The notes: generated by a model from the sequence alone, not told the origin. A stretch of DNA of 64,000 bases from Escherichia coli (GCF_044324875.1 NZ_CP172185.1); one strand, 5' to 3'. Shown: positions 1 through 10,662, counted from the stretch's first letter. A program made the numbers and translations.

Positions 1-331
1 TGCCATTGAAGCGGAGCGTCCCGTGCCGGAACGTTACCTCACAGCTGATACTGAGGGTTTCCGGGTCCTCTGCGAGCGATTCTGGCTGTTCGGCAGCTGC
101 ATCGAGAGTCACAGGAAGTAGCTGGGGGCTCTCTGAAGAAGGTAATAGCAGCTTTCCCTCGCGCCATTGTTGTCGCCATTTGAACAACAGATTGGCGTTA
201 ATGCCATTTTCAAGAGCAAGTTTTGAGATGGATATCCCGGGTTCACAGGAGGCAGCAACGAGCTGCTGTTTAAATTCGGGAGGATAATTAGGGCAGCCTT
301 TTCGCCTGCCGGGAGTCACATTTTTCTGCAT
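1..331 (-). mobile_element. IS3-family transposase OrfA-like fragment (partial; runs off the window start)
   Basis: Minus-strand translation from the Met at about 331 reads MQKNVTPGRRKGCPNYPPEFKQQLVAASCEPGISISKLALENGINANLLFKWRQQWREGKLLLP.... This is an HTH followed by the L-F-x-W-R-x-Q-x-x-E-G motif typical of IS3-family OrfA. Compare IS2 InsC in this window, which has [11 protein letters not shown]. The plus-strand ORF 6..287 overlaps it and is spurious. Confidence 0.45.
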
Positions 332-420
332 ATCTGACACTTTGGTTCCCACTACTTATTTGGTGGACACCACTTTGTCTAATTCGTCAGATTCTGACCA
401 GACGGTTCAGGCTGTACGCT

Positions 421-842
421 TACTGACCTTATCGGTCACCGCGCGGATGGTGGCTGTGGAAACGCTGAAGGCATATAAATCTTCAATCTCCCGACTGATA
501 TCCTGGTAGCTCATTCCCAGCGCAAACAGGCGAATGATCTTGCGTTCGATCTCATCAGACAACGTGGTCTGGTGCTTCTTCACCAGTTGGGGTTAAAAAG
601 TACCATTACGATCGCGCGGAGTCGCCAGTTCGAAGCTACCGGTCGGGGCTTTAATGGTCTTTTTGCCGGAGCCATTTTTACGATTGGCTTCCACATCCTG
701 AGCCAGATGGGATTCAAGCTCTGCAGACAGGGCAGCCTAAGTTAACTGCTTGATTAATGACGTTAAGATTCCATCTTTGCCCGTTAATGCCTAGCCGGAC
801 TGGAGTGCCTTAAGCGCTTTATCGAAATCGAAGGGTTGGGAC
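421..842 (-). pseudogene. IS256/mutator-family transposase N-terminal fragment, degenerate (in-frame stops and frameshift)
   Basis: Minus-strand translation reads MSQPFDFDKALKALQSG*ALTGKDGILTSLIKQLT*AALSAELESHLAQDVEANRKNGSGKKTIKAPTGSFELATPRDRNGTF* / LVKKHQTTLSDEIERKIIRLFALGMSYQDISREIEDLYAFSVSTATIRAVTDKVSKRTA*. The GMSxxDIS...LISxVTDxV block is the IS256-family N-terminal signature. The fragment is truncated and interrupted. Confidence 0.5.
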
Positions 843-919
843 ATGTGTCATTCCTTTTTGATTGTATATTACTGGAATGACACAGAATTTCTAACACTCC
901 CTTTTTAGATGAAATATAG

Positions 920-1705
920 TTAATCTTCGGTATGAATGTGTTGCAGCCAGTTTTTTATTACTGTATTTACTTCCTTTGCATGAGTGATATTTAGAGCGTG
1001 ATTTGCGTCGGGAATAACTTCAAGCTTGGAGTGTGCAATCACTTTGTGCATTTTAATTGCTTTCTCTAATGGGATTCCCATATCACTGTCACCATGAATA
1101 ATCAGTGTGGGGGTTGTGATTGTGTTAATTTTTTCTGAAATATCGTCACGTTCCAGCATTGCATTCATGGCATTTCTGATATTTTCTGGCTTATGTCCCA
1201 TCCATACTTTTTTCCATTTTTCTGCTTCAGAGACATTATTTCCGAAAAAAATGGGTAATAATAAGGAGATTATATTTTCCTTTATGATTGGGTCTTGCCA
1301 TCCATTACATAACTCCATGTAACTGGACGCGATTTCTGGTGGATCTTGCTCTGCCTGAGTTGCCATAAGGATTAGCCCTGACAAACGTTCTGAATGTGAC
1401 AGAGCAAATCGTAATGATATATATCCGCCCATCGACATTCCCCCTAAAACGAACTTATCCATTTGTAGTGAGTCTGCAACGCTTAAAATATCATCAACGA
1501 TATCATAGAGTGAGAAAGCTTCTGTTTTTTCAGTGTTTTTATCAAAACCCCGAACATTAATACAAACAAACCTGTGTTTTTCTTTTAGTTCGTCAAGTTG
1601 ATATTTAAACATGTCACTATTCATGAAAAATCCATGAACGAGTATGACTGGGGGATTATTTTTGTTTGTTTCAGTGTATCCAGAGTCAGCAAATGAATAT
1701 TTCAT
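920..1705 (-). CDS. alpha/beta-fold hydrolase (GxSxG = GMSMGG), AT-rich accessory gene
   Basis: 261-aa ORF with an HGF oxyanion motif, a GMSMGG nucleophile elbow and a C-terminal HGDSD...H triad pattern. The GC content is clearly lower than the flanking core genes. Confidence 0.7.
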   Translation of the reverse strand: MKYSFADSGYTETNKNNPPVILVHGFFMNSDMFKYQLDELKEKHRFVCINVRGFDKNTEKTEAFSLYDIVDDILSVADSLQMDKFVLGGMSMGGYISLRFALSHSERLSGLILMATQAEQDPPEIASSYMELCNGWQDPIIKENIISLLLPIFFGNNVSEAEKWKKVWMGHKPENIRNAMNAMLERDDISEKINTITTPTLIIHGDSDMGIPLEKAIKMHKVIAHSKLEVIPDANHALNITHAKEVNTVIKNWLQHIHTED

Positions 1706-2780
1706 GGAGCCTCCTTGATTTAGATGAATATATTGTGTGTTTTGTTAGTAATAGTGAAGCATTTCATTATATTGTCGAACTAGGATATATCTGTTGGATA
1801 AATATCCGTTTTAGAGTTTTTCAAATACTCGCCAGTTAAGACTCTTTTGGTGTGTTTACCAGTCTTGAGATATTGTTGTCAAGTATTTAAAAGGATATAA
1901 ACACACTGATTTAATGCTGATACTTATATATCAATAAATATTACCGGATGCCATGGTTAAAACTGGCTTATTTACTTCAGAAGAACAACGGCTAATGGAG
2001 CGATTGAAGTATTGTGGATATACCTATGCGAAGGTGTTTATGCTCGATTGGTTTTAGCAAACACGATAATATCCGAAAATTGCCTACATGGATAGATTTG
2101 TTAATTGCTATTAGCGGATGGGTAAGATTCATTGATGAGGCGGATTGATGGGCAAAGCCCCAGCCTCACGAACTGGTGGTCTTGAAAGCTTACATATTTC
2201 ATTTATTAAAGACGTAAACGTTTTAACTGTGTGGCATAAAAAGCAGAAGAGTGAAAATCCATAAATTACCGAATTATATCGGTGCCAGTCCGAATTTAGC
2301 CTTTGCACGGTTGCACGACTCATTGACTTCTCAGTTCTCACTGGACATGGCGAATTTTCTGTACGTTGATGAGGGATTTTCATATATCGTACAACAGGCA
2401 TTTCTTCCCGGTATTCCCTCAAGCGCAATACATCGGGGATTTTTCTGATTAGTGCCGATCATGCATCGGTGGAAAGGGGAGGTTTGTTCAGTAAGTCAGG
2501 TGGGGATAGTACCGCCAGCATCATCGGCTTCAGACCAGTAAAAAGAGACGCGGAAAAATATACAACAGGCACCACACGTCATGCATGGATTCAGATCGCT
2601 CATTTTTAGTACCATTTTAAAGTTTGACTTTGTATTTTTGCAACGAATCGCTAAAGAGAGCAGAAAAAACTATTCTCCAAAACTTGGTTATAACTACTTG
2701 ATTTTATAGATAGAGGCATGCTGTTTACACAGCAGTAAAAAGCATGCCAAATTTGCTATTAACCTTTTGAATATAAAATA

Positions 2781-3644
2781 CTAATCGTCTATTTCGGAAA
2801 CCTTCTTATTCAGCAGACGAGAAGCGCGCCAGTAAACCAGCAACATCAGGCCCATTACGATAGTCAGCGTAATGCTGGTGGCTGCACCAAACGGCCAGTC
2901 ACGAATATTGAGGAACTGTACCTTGATGACGTTACCGATCAGCAGGTTTTTCGCACCGCCCATCAGGTCGGACACATAGAACAGGCCCATCGCTGGCAGC
3001 ATCACCAGCAGACATCCGGCAATAATTCCCGGCATCGTCAGTGGGATAATGATGCGGATAAAGGTCTGCAACTTGCTGGCACCGAGATCGCGCGCCGCCT
3101 CAAGCAACGGCTTATCCAGTTTTTCGATACTGGAGTACAGCGGCATCACCATAAACGGTAGCAGAATGTAAACCAGACCGATAATCACCGCACTGGGCGT
3201 GAACATGATGCGAATTGGTGTATCAATAACGCCCAGCCAGAGCAAAAACTCGTTGAGATAGCCTTTGGTGCTGAGGAAAATTTTCAGCCCGTAGATACGA
3301 ATCAATGAGTTGGTCCAGAACGGAACAATCAGCAGAAACAGCAGCAGCGGACGCACCTTGTGTGGCAGCTTCGCCAGAAACCAGGCAAAAGGATAGCCCA
3401 GCACCAGGCAGGCGAGGGTGGCGATCAGCGCCATATTCAGCGAGTGCAATAGCACTTCAAAATAGAGCGGATCGAGCAGACGCGTGTAGTTATCCAGCGT
3501 AAAGACCATTTTGACGAAACTGGCGTCGTCGCGGGTCAAAAAGCTGGTGCCAATGATCATCAGGTTGGGCAGAAAGACAAACAACACAAGCCAACCGACA
3601 ATAGTGACAATCACTACATTCTGGAACTTACTTGTGTTCTTCAT
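2781..3644 (-). CDS. potB: spermidine/putrescine ABC transporter permease PotB (C-terminus possibly altered at a rearrangement junction)
   Basis: Multi-TM ABC permease immediately downstream of potA with a 17-bp overlap. The sequence is recognised as PotB. The last residues (…KKVSEIDD) precede an AT-rich non-pot region where potC is expected. Confidence 0.85.
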
Positions 3645-4764
3645 CAGCCAGTACGACCTCCCAGCTTTCTACCCAATTAATGGCCATTTTTTGGTCGAGA
3701 GAGTGGTCAAAGTCAGGATCGTCTTCATTGAAGAATTCGCTGACCATCACCATCTTGCCATTTTCCAGTTCAACAACCGACTCCAGCGTCATGCCTTTGT
3801 AGTTACGCTCGCGAACGTAACCAATCAGCCCTTCAGCGTGGTTGTCGTCGTTAATCTCTTCAACACGTAAGTCTTCCGGGCGCAGCAGAACATGCAGTTT
3901 TTGCCCCGGTTCAACGGCGAAGTTAACGTAGATATTACATTCGCGGCCTTCAACGTTGGCGCGTACGCGCTGCTCGTCTAGACGTTCGATGACAGTGGCG
4001 TTAAACATATTGATTTCGCCAATAAACCCAGCAACAAACAGGTTTTTCGGCTCTTCATAGATTTCACGCGGCGTGCCGTCTTGCTCAATGCGACCATCGC
4101 GCATCACCACAATCCTGTCCGACATGGTGAGTGCTTCTTCCTGGTCGTGAGTCACGAAGACGAATGTAATGCCAAGCTTACGCTGTAACGCTTTCAGCTC
4201 GTTCTGCATTTGCTTGCGCAGTTTGTAATCCAGCGCTGAGAGCGACTCATCCAGCAACAACAGACGAGGCTTGTTAACCACTGCGCGGGCAATGGCGACG
4301 CGTTGCTGTTGACCACCAGAGAGCTGATGCGGTTTGCGTTGAGCGAAGGTTTCCAGCTGCACCATCCGCAGGGCTTCCATCACGCGGGGCGTAATTTCAG
4401 CAGCGGGGGTTTTTTGCATGCGTAACCCAAAGGCCACATTTTCGAACACGGTCATGTGGGGGAAAAGTGCGTAGCTTTGGAAAACAGTGTTCACATAGCG
4501 GTTTTCCGCCGGAACGTGGGTGATGTCCTCGTTATCCAGCATGATGCGTCCGGAATCAACAGTTTCCAGACCTGCAATCAGGCGAAGAACGGTTGTTTTA
4601 CCGCAGCCAGAAGGGCCAAGCAGCGTGAGGAACTCGCCATTGTTGATAGTCAGATCCAGCTGGGGAATGACCTCTTTACCATCAAAGCATTTGCGAATTC
4701 CCGCCAATTGCACCAGCGGTGAAAGCGAACTCGGTTGTTTATTCAATTTTTTACTCTGTCCCAT
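3628..4764 (-). CDS. potA: spermidine/putrescine ABC transporter ATPase PotA
   Basis: 378 aa with Walker [24 protein letters not shown] and a C-terminal TOBE domain. The sequence is recognised as PotA. Confidence 0.92.
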
Positions 4765-5013
4765 GTAAACGCAACGGATGGCTTACCGATGCGGGGTTTG
4801 TGGTTAACCACCTTGGTGACTCTTAATGAGGGCGGTAATTCTACGGCAAACCGCTTGAATCGCCAATCTTTGTTGTGAATTACTGGCTTAGCTTTATATT
4901 CATTAAGGTAATGCTGATAAATATTCCCGCTTGCAGGGGTAAAAGTGACCTGACGCAATATTTGTCTTTTCTTGCTTCTTAATAATGTTGTCACAAAAAG
5001 TGAGGGTGACTAC

Positions 5014-6240
5014 ATGGATAAACTACTTGAGCGATTTTTGAACTACGTGTCTCTGGATACCCAATCAAAGGCAGGGGTGAGACAGGTTCCCAGCACGGAA
5101 GGCCAATGGAAGTTATTGCATCTGCTGAAAGAGCAGCTCGAAGAGATGGGGCTTATCAATGTGACCTTAAGTGAGAAGGGCACTTTGATGGCGACGTTAC
5201 CGGCTAACGTCCCTGGCGATATCCCGGCGATTGGCTTTATTTCTCATGTGGATACCTCACCGGATTGCAGCGGCAAAAATGTGAATCCGCAAATTGTTGA
5301 AAACTATCGCGGTGGCGATATTGCGCTGGGTATCGGCGATGAAGTTTTATCACCGGTTATGTTCCCGGTGCTGCATCAGCTACTGAGTCAGACGCTGATT
5401 ACCACCGATGGTAAAACCTTGTTAGGAGCCGATGACAAAGCAGGTATTGCAGAAATCATGACCGCGCTGGCGGTATTGCAACAGAAAAACATTCCGCATG
5501 GTGATATTCGCGTCGCCTTTACCCCGGATGAAGAAGTGGGCAAAGGGGCGAAACATTTTGATGTTGACGCCTTCGATGCCCGCTGGGCTTACACCGTTGA
5601 TGGTGGTGGCGTAGGCGAACTGGAGTTTGAAAACTTCAACGCTGCGTCGGTCAATATCAAAATTGTAGGCAATAACGTTCACCCAGGCACAGCGAAAGGT
5701 GTAATGGTGAATGCGCTGTCGCTGGCGGCACGTATTCATGCGGAAGTTCCGGCGGATGAAAGCCCGGAAATGACAGAAGGCTATGAAGGTTTCTATCACC
5801 TGGCGAGCATGAAAGGCACCGTTGAACGGGCCGATATGCACTACATCATCCGTGATTTCGACCGTAAACAGTTTGAAGCGCGTAAACGTAAAATGATGGA
5901 GATCGCCAAAAAAGTGGGCAAAGGGTTACATCCTGATTGCTACATTGAATTGGTGATTGAAGACAGTTACTACAATATGCGCGAGAAAGTGGTTGAGCAT
6001 CCGCATATTCTCGATATCGCCCAGCAGGCGATGCGTGACTGCGATATTGAACCGGAACTGAAACCGATCCGCGGCGGTACCGACGGCGCGCAGTTGTCGT
6101 TTATGGGATTACCGTGCCCGAACCTGTTCACTGGCGGTTACAACTATCATGGTAAGCATGAGTTTGTGACTCTGGAAGGTATGGAAAAAGCGGTGCAGGT
6201 GATCGTCCGTATTGCCGAGTTAACGGCGCAACGGAAGTAA
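5014..6240 (+). CDS. pepT: peptidase T (tripeptide aminopeptidase)
   Basis: 408-aa M20 peptidase starting [21 protein letters not shown]. It is divergent from potA as in K-12. Confidence 0.9.
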   Translation: MDKLLERFLNYVSLDTQSKAGVRQVPSTEGQWKLLHLLKEQLEEMGLINVTLSEKGTLMATLPANVPGDIPAIGFISHVDTSPDCSGKNVNPQIVENYRGGDIALGIGDEVLSPVMFPVLHQLLSQTLITTDGKTLLGADDKAGIAEIMTALAVLQQKNIPHGDIRVAFTPDEEVGKGAKHFDVDAFDARWAYTVDGGGVGELEFENFNAASVNIKIVGNNVHPGTAKGVMVNALSLAARIHAEVPADESPEMTEGYEGFYHLASMKGTVERADMHYIIRDFDRKQFEARKRKMMEIAKKVGKGLHPDCYIELVIEDSYYNMREKVVEHPHILDIAQQAMRDCDIEPELKPIRGGTDGAQLSFMGLPCPNLFTGGYNYHGKHEFVTLEGMEKAVQVIVRIAELTAQRK

Positions 6241-6288
6241 GCGAAAAGGGATGCGGCATGTGATGCCGCATCCGGCTTAAATCCAAAC

Positions 6289-7410
6289 TTACCCTTCGAA
6301 GAACCAATACCCGCTATTGACCAGCGCCGCGAGCATCGCGAGGAATGACGGATCTTCCAGCGCATCGCCAAAATTCTCCGCAGTCAGCGCAATGTTGCTG
6401 GCGAGTGCATCCAGTGCCGGACGGTGCGGGGAATCGATCTTCTCACCATTGGCATACACGTCGTCGCCAATGCGCAATACGCGCAGACCACCCAGACGCA
6501 CCAGCACTTCACCTTGTTTCAGCGCATCGTAGATTTCATCCGGCTGATAAGGCGGCTCTGGCGGCGCGATATCCAGTTCATGGCGTGACTGGGATATAAA
6601 CTCCCCAAACCATTGCTTAAAGTGTTCCGGCTGGTTGATCAATTCGAGCATCATCTCACGCAGTTTATCCATCTCTTGCGGCAGAACATCCGCAGGATGA
6701 GCGCGAGGTGAAACATCAGGATCGCTGTAGTAGTTGCCGCCCAGTTCACGTTGCAGCACATAATCGGCAAATCCGCTAATCAGTTCCCGCGTATTTGGTG
6801 CGCGAAAACCGACGGAATAGTTCATCGCATTTTCCAGCGCGTAGCCTTCATGGGGGAATCCTGGCGGAATATAAAGAATATCGCCTGGCTCCAGTTCTTC
6901 ATCAATGATGGCTTCGAACGGATCAACCTGTAACAGATCCGGGTGCGGGCAGTGCTGTTTCATTTGCAGCTTTTCGCCCACTCGCCAGCGACGACGTCCG
7001 GTACCCTGAATGATAAACACGTCGTACTGATCGAGATGCGGGCCGACGCCGCCGCCAGGTACAGAAAAAGAGATCATCAGATCATCAATACGCCAGTCCG
7101 GTAGTTCACGGAACGGTCGCATCAGCGCGGCGGTCGGCTCATGCCAGTGGTTCACTGCCTGCACTAACAATGACCAGTTAGTTTCACCGAGATGATCGTA
7201 GCTTTCGAACGGGCCGTGGCTGACCTGCCATTTGCCATCCTGGTGGCTGACCAGTCGACTGTCGACTTCGCTTTCCATCGCCAGACCCGCCAACTCGTCT
7301 GGAGAGATCGGGTCAATAAAATTATTAAAGCCGCGTTTTAACACCACCGGACGTTTCTGCCAGTGACGTTCAAGAAAATCGGGCCAGTTAAGAGTGAGTT
7401 GGTATTCCAT
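6289..7410 (-). CDS. roxA: ribosomal protein uL16 arginine hydroxylase RoxA/YcfD (cupin-4 JmjC-like)
   Basis: 373 aa starting MEYQLTLNWPDFLERHW, with an HxD...H Fe(II)-binding pattern. Synteny is with pepT and phoQ. Confidence 0.9.
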   Translation of the reverse strand: MEYQLTLNWPDFLERHWQKRPVVLKRGFNNFIDPISPDELAGLAMESEVDSRLVSHQDGKWQVSHGPFESYDHLGETNWSLLVQAVNHWHEPTAALMRPFRELPDWRIDDLMISFSVPGGGVGPHLDQYDVFIIQGTGRRRWRVGEKLQMKQHCPHPDLLQVDPFEAIIDEELEPGDILYIPPGFPHEGYALENAMNYSVGFRAPNTRELISGFADYVLQRELGGNYYSDPDVSPRAHPADVLPQEMDKLREMMLELINQPEHFKQWFGEFISQSRHELDIAPPEPPYQPDEIYDALKQGEVLVRLGGLRVLRIGDDVYANGEKIDSPHRPALDALASNIALTAENFGDALEDPSFLAMLAALVNSGYWFFEG

Positions 7411-7611
7411 GTTAAGCATCCACAGGCTGGTATCTGCAACCGATTATAACGGATGCTTAACGTAATGCGTGAAGTATGGGCATACTTTATCAATTAGTGT
7501 TTTTTGCCGTTTCATAATGTTTCAGGTTGTGCATTATGTTTTTGATTATAAACAAATTTGTGATTTTTCTTGTTCCAGCTTGTTTCACGTTGTAGCCCTT
7601 TGTGCAACGAT

Positions 7612-7637
7612 CGGTGTAGTTAATGGTGTAGTTAATT
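7612..7637. repeat. attL core (26-bp direct repeat)
   Basis: Identical 26-mer at 18721-18746. The flanking 30 bp are weakly similar, including the motif ttgtt(t/c)cacgttgt. Confidence 0.7.
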
Positions 7638-8888
7638 GTGATGACCGGATTCAAAATTATGAGCAGAGCACTTAACAAGCTGAGCGATACACAGCTAAGG
7701 AAAATCAACGGCACACCCGCCCAAAAAACAGCCTTTCTTAATGACGGTGGAAACTTGAGCGTCAGGCATTCAACCAGCGGCCTTTTAACCTGGTATTTCA
7801 CTTACAGGGCCGGAACGGGAAGGGGGGCATCACCGGAACGCATTAAGCTGGGAAATTATCCTGATCTGAGCCTGAAATCAGCCAGGGAAAAAGCCGCCCA
7901 GTGTCGCGCATGGCTGGCTGAGGGGAAAAATCCACGTCATGAGATGAATTACACCGTACAGGAAGCGTTAAAGCCTGTAACGGTTGGCGATGCGCTCACC
8001 TACTGGCTTGAGTCGTACGCAAAGGAAAACCGTGTGGATTATGACCCACTGAAAAAGCGGCTAAATAATCACGTAATACAGCACATTGGCCCTATGCCGC
8101 TGGATAAATGCGAGCTACGGCACTGGCTGGCCTGTTTTGATCGGGTGGCAAAGCAAGCCCCTGTTTCCGCCGGGTTCCTGCTACAGACATGCAAACAGGC
8201 GCTTAAGTTCTGCCGGAAGCGGCGCTATGCAATCAGCAACGTTCTTGATGATATGAGTGTGGCTGACGTTGGGAAAAAACCGGATATAGGCGAACGTGTC
8301 TTAAGTACCAAAGAACTGGGCGAATTATTGCAGGCACTGGACAAAAAAATATTTTCCCCTTACTACGTCGCACTAATCCGCCTCCTGATTGTTTTCGGAT
8401 GCCGGACAGTAGAACTGAGGTTATCGGAGATCGGCGAGTGGGATTTTACCGAAATGCTCTGGACCGTTCCGAAGGAGCACAGCAAAACGAAGGTAGCCAT
8501 ATTCCGGCCCATACCGGAAGCGATACTGCCGTTCGTCACGCAGCTGATGGAGCAGAACAGGCACACGGGCTTATTGCTGGGGGAAGTGAAACAGGAAACC
8601 AGCGTGTCGCAGTACGGCAGATTAGTGCACAGGAGGCTTAAACACCCTCACTGGTCACTGCATGACATCCGGCGCACCTTTACAACGATGCTGAACGATT
8701 TAGGCGTGGATCCTCACGTCGTGGAGCAGCTTACAGGCCACCAGATGCCAGGAATGCAGCGAGTTTATAATCATTCCCGTTATCTGGATGCGAAACGCAA
8801 TGCGCTGGATATGTGGACGGAGCGGTTAGGGATACTGGCGGGAGCACATGAAAACGTAACCACGCTACCAGTAACCAGAAGAAAATAA
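7638..8888 (+). CDS. int: tyrosine site-specific integrase (P4/CP4-57-type)
   Basis: 416 aa. The C-terminal catalytic region reads ...HDIRRTFTTMLNDLGVDPHVVEQLTGHQ...VYNHSRYLD (R..HxxR..Y). It sits immediately inside attL. Confidence 0.85.
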   Translation: MMTGFKIMSRALNKLSDTQLRKINGTPAQKTAFLNDGGNLSVRHSTSGLLTWYFTYRAGTGRGASPERIKLGNYPDLSLKSAREKAAQCRAWLAEGKNPRHEMNYTVQEALKPVTVGDALTYWLESYAKENRVDYDPLKKRLNNHVIQHIGPMPLDKCELRHWLACFDRVAKQAPVSAGFLLQTCKQALKFCRKRRYAISNVLDDMSVADVGKKPDIGERVLSTKELGELLQALDKKIFSPYYVALIRLLIVFGCRTVELRLSEIGEWDFTEMLWTVPKEHSKTKVAIFRPIPEAILPFVTQLMEQNRHTGLLLGEVKQETSVSQYGRLVHRRLKHPHWSLHDIRRTFTTMLNDLGVDPHVVEQLTGHQMPGMQRVYNHSRYLDAKRNALDMWTERLGILAGAHENVTTLPVTRRK

Positions 8889-8936
8889 TTTTTTTCGTGT
8901 TTTTTCAGTATGCGCATACTGGATAAGTGCACAGAT

Positions 8937-8970
8937 ACAACGTGAAACAATAAGCAACAACGTGAAACAA
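8937..8970 (+). promoter_or_regulatory. tandem copies of a 14-bp motif (acaacgtgaaacaa) that may be integrase arm-type sites
   Basis: The same 14-mer occurs in inverted orientation next to attL (7580-7593). It also occurs with one mismatch next to attR (18689-18702). Confidence 0.4.
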
Positions 8971-9262
8971 CCACGAACAAGAGGTCAAAAAGTATACAGA
9001 TTTATAAGTTGCTGATTTTTAATGCTCAACTGGTTTTTTATACATTAGCGAATAACGCTTTAAATAGTGAGAAAAAAGTCATAAAACGAGATTTTATGCC
9101 TTTGCATAATACTGAATTAAAATGATTTTTATTAAAATCACCCCGTTTCTGTAAAATACCCGCCACCAACATTTGCCAACTCTGAATCACCCTGACACAA
9201 TCAGACACATCCCAACGCAATAGAACACGAAATAACTCTTTAAGAAACGAAAGGGGGCAATA

Positions 9263-9451
9263 GTGTTAAGCACTGATCGGTTTATACGTGAAAAAGAATG
9301 CGAAAAGCTAACAGGCCTTAGCCGCTCATGCCGCTACCGCCTGGAAAAGGCCGGACAATTCCCATCACGGCGTAAGCTGGGCGGTCGTTCCGTTGGCTGG
9401 TCTTTATCCGAAGTTCTGGCATGGAAGGAAAGCTGCGAGGCAGTTCACTAA
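9263..9451 (+). CDS. alpA: AlpA-family phage/satellite transcriptional regulator (excisionase-like HTH)
   Basis: 62 aa reading ...EKECEKLTGLSRSCRYRLEKAGQFPSRRKLGGRSVGWSLSEVLAWKE. This is a typical AlpA/MerR-like HTH. Confidence 0.75.
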   Translation: MLSTDRFIREKECEKLTGLSRSCRYRLEKAGQFPSRRKLGGRSVGWSLSEVLAWKESCEAVH

Positions 9452-9777
9452 AAAGACTGGCGGCACACAGCCGCCACCCATCCACTAATACAGAGATTTA
9501 ACCATGAAGACTGGATATACGCCCGAACAGGGGCGGGGCTTCGTTCGGCCTGGTGAAACTGAAAAACAACAAAATCGCGGTTTTTCAGGCATAAAAAAAG
9601 CGGCCCCGATAAGGAGCCGCCTTTCTGAACAATTAACCTACAGCGCAAAAAATGAATCTGAGCAGTGGGATTATATCAACCGTGCAACGAAGCGCCACAA
9701 TTGCCGGATAACGGGCAAAGAAAAGGCCACCTGTCACGGTGGCCAATGTGATCAGTGTGGTGGCTTGCTGGTGGCTA

Positions 9778-9969
9778 TCAACCTTTGGGTTCTATACCGC
9801 GCCGCTTTAGTTCAGCGCGCCCCAACTCTTTAAGCCAGTTGGCTAGGCTTATGCCGTCGCTCTGCGCTTCTTTGTCGAATTGCTCTTTTAGCTCTGGAGA
9901 AATTCGCATTCTGAATTGTGGGGATTGCCCATCACCCTTAGGGCTTTTATCACGTTTGATTGTTGACAA
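9778..9969 (-). CDS. Arc/MetJ-type ribbon-helix-helix repressor, divergent from the main operon
   Basis: 63 aa reading ...RMRISPELKEQFDKEAQSDGISLANWLKELGRAELKR, which is an Arc-like RHH pattern. It is transcribed away from the downstream operon. Confidence 0.55.
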   Translation of the reverse strand: MSTIKRDKSPKGDGQSPQFRMRISPELKEQFDKEAQSDGISLANWLKELGRAELKRRGIEPKG

Positions 9970-10015
9970 GTGGTCACCTATTAAATTAGCCTTTCTATTG
10001 TTAGGTGGTCACCTT
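9968..10015. promoter_or_regulatory. two copies of an aggtgNNcacct-type palindrome (candidate operators) overlapping a ttgaca -35 hexamer
   Basis: aagtggtcacct at 9968-9979 and aggtggtcacct at 10004-10015, 36 bp apart. They lie in the divergent promoter region between the RHH gene and the rightward operon. Confidence 0.4.
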
Positions 10016-10103
10016 AACACGGGGACACTTAAAAAAGCAAAGCCCGAAGGCGCTAGGAACACCAACGGGCTTCTAACCACAAACCGTTATGAGAGGTAGT
10101 TTT

Positions 10104-10301
10104 ATGGCTGTAAGACAGCATACCCCACGACTAGCGCACACACAAACCGCCTTTGTGTGGCGTTTTCTGGCACTGAGTGCCGGAGAATCTCAAATCATCC
10201 ACGTAACCGCCTGGACGGAACGCGAAGCGCGTAGCCGTTGCCCGTCCGGTTGTGTTGCTGTATTCGCCGCCCGTATTCGTCAGGGGGTGTACCATGATTA
10301 A
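10104..10301 (+). CDS. Icd-like small protein (resembles the host cell-division-inhibitor Icd-like proteins of P4-type elements)
   Basis: ...FVWRFLALSAGESQIIHVTAWTEREARSRCPSGCVAVFAARIRQG matches the YVW.F.A.S...ERxAR...AAR pattern seen after alpA in enterobacterial satellites. Confidence 0.4.
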   Translation: MAVRQHTPRLAHTQTAFVWRFLALSAGESQIIHVTAWTEREARSRCPSGCVAVFAARIRQGVYHD

Positions 10302-10662
10302 CCTGTCACTTACCGATCTTAACCGCGTTCAGTTTCGTGAGAAATTTACCGGACAGCTACTCGTCAATGTGGAGAACGGGCGCATAGTGCGTAATTATCA
10401 CCTGCCGGATGGTGCAATTGCCGGAAGCGTTGAAGCATTGCTGGAACTGGCGGAACGTGCGCGACTGATTAAGCCGTCAACGAGCCATCACGATGATGAT
10501 CTGCATTTTACCGGATGTATGGTGAGTCACTACGAAAACGGCGTCGAGGTATCCTGCGAACGGCTGCGTGATGATTGCTGTTTCGGCACACTGCCGGAAT
10601 TTATCGAATTGCTGACCAGTTGCGGATATCAGGTTATTCAGGGGGTGCGCCATGTGCAATAA
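10294..10662 (+). CDS. hypothetical protein (satellite early region)
   Basis: 123-aa ORF from MINLSLTDL. Its start overlaps the previous gene and its stop overlaps the next gene. No recognisable motif. Confidence 0.4.
   Translation: MINLSLTDLNRVQFREKFTGQLLVNVENGRIVRNYHLPDGAIAGSVEALLELAERARLIKPSTSHHDDDLHFTGCMVSHYENGVEVSCERLRDDCCFGTLPEFIELLTSCGYQVIQGVRHVQ

Noticed and set aside
6-287. Plus-strand 93-aa ORF at the window start
   Set aside because: It lies antisense to a much more convincing IS3-family OrfA-like reading frame on the minus strand. The translation is Ser/Cys/Arg-rich and low-complexity.
2129-2448. Overlapping 99-aa and 65-aa ORFs in the AT-rich spacer below potB
   Set aside because: They have no motif, contradict each other on strand and sit in low-complexity AT-rich DNA. 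They are likely non-coding or degenerate.
9504-9833. 109-aa plus-strand ORF between alpA and the Arc-like gene
   Set aside because: It spans a convergent terminator-like hairpin region and overlaps the minus-strand RHH gene. It has poor coding character.
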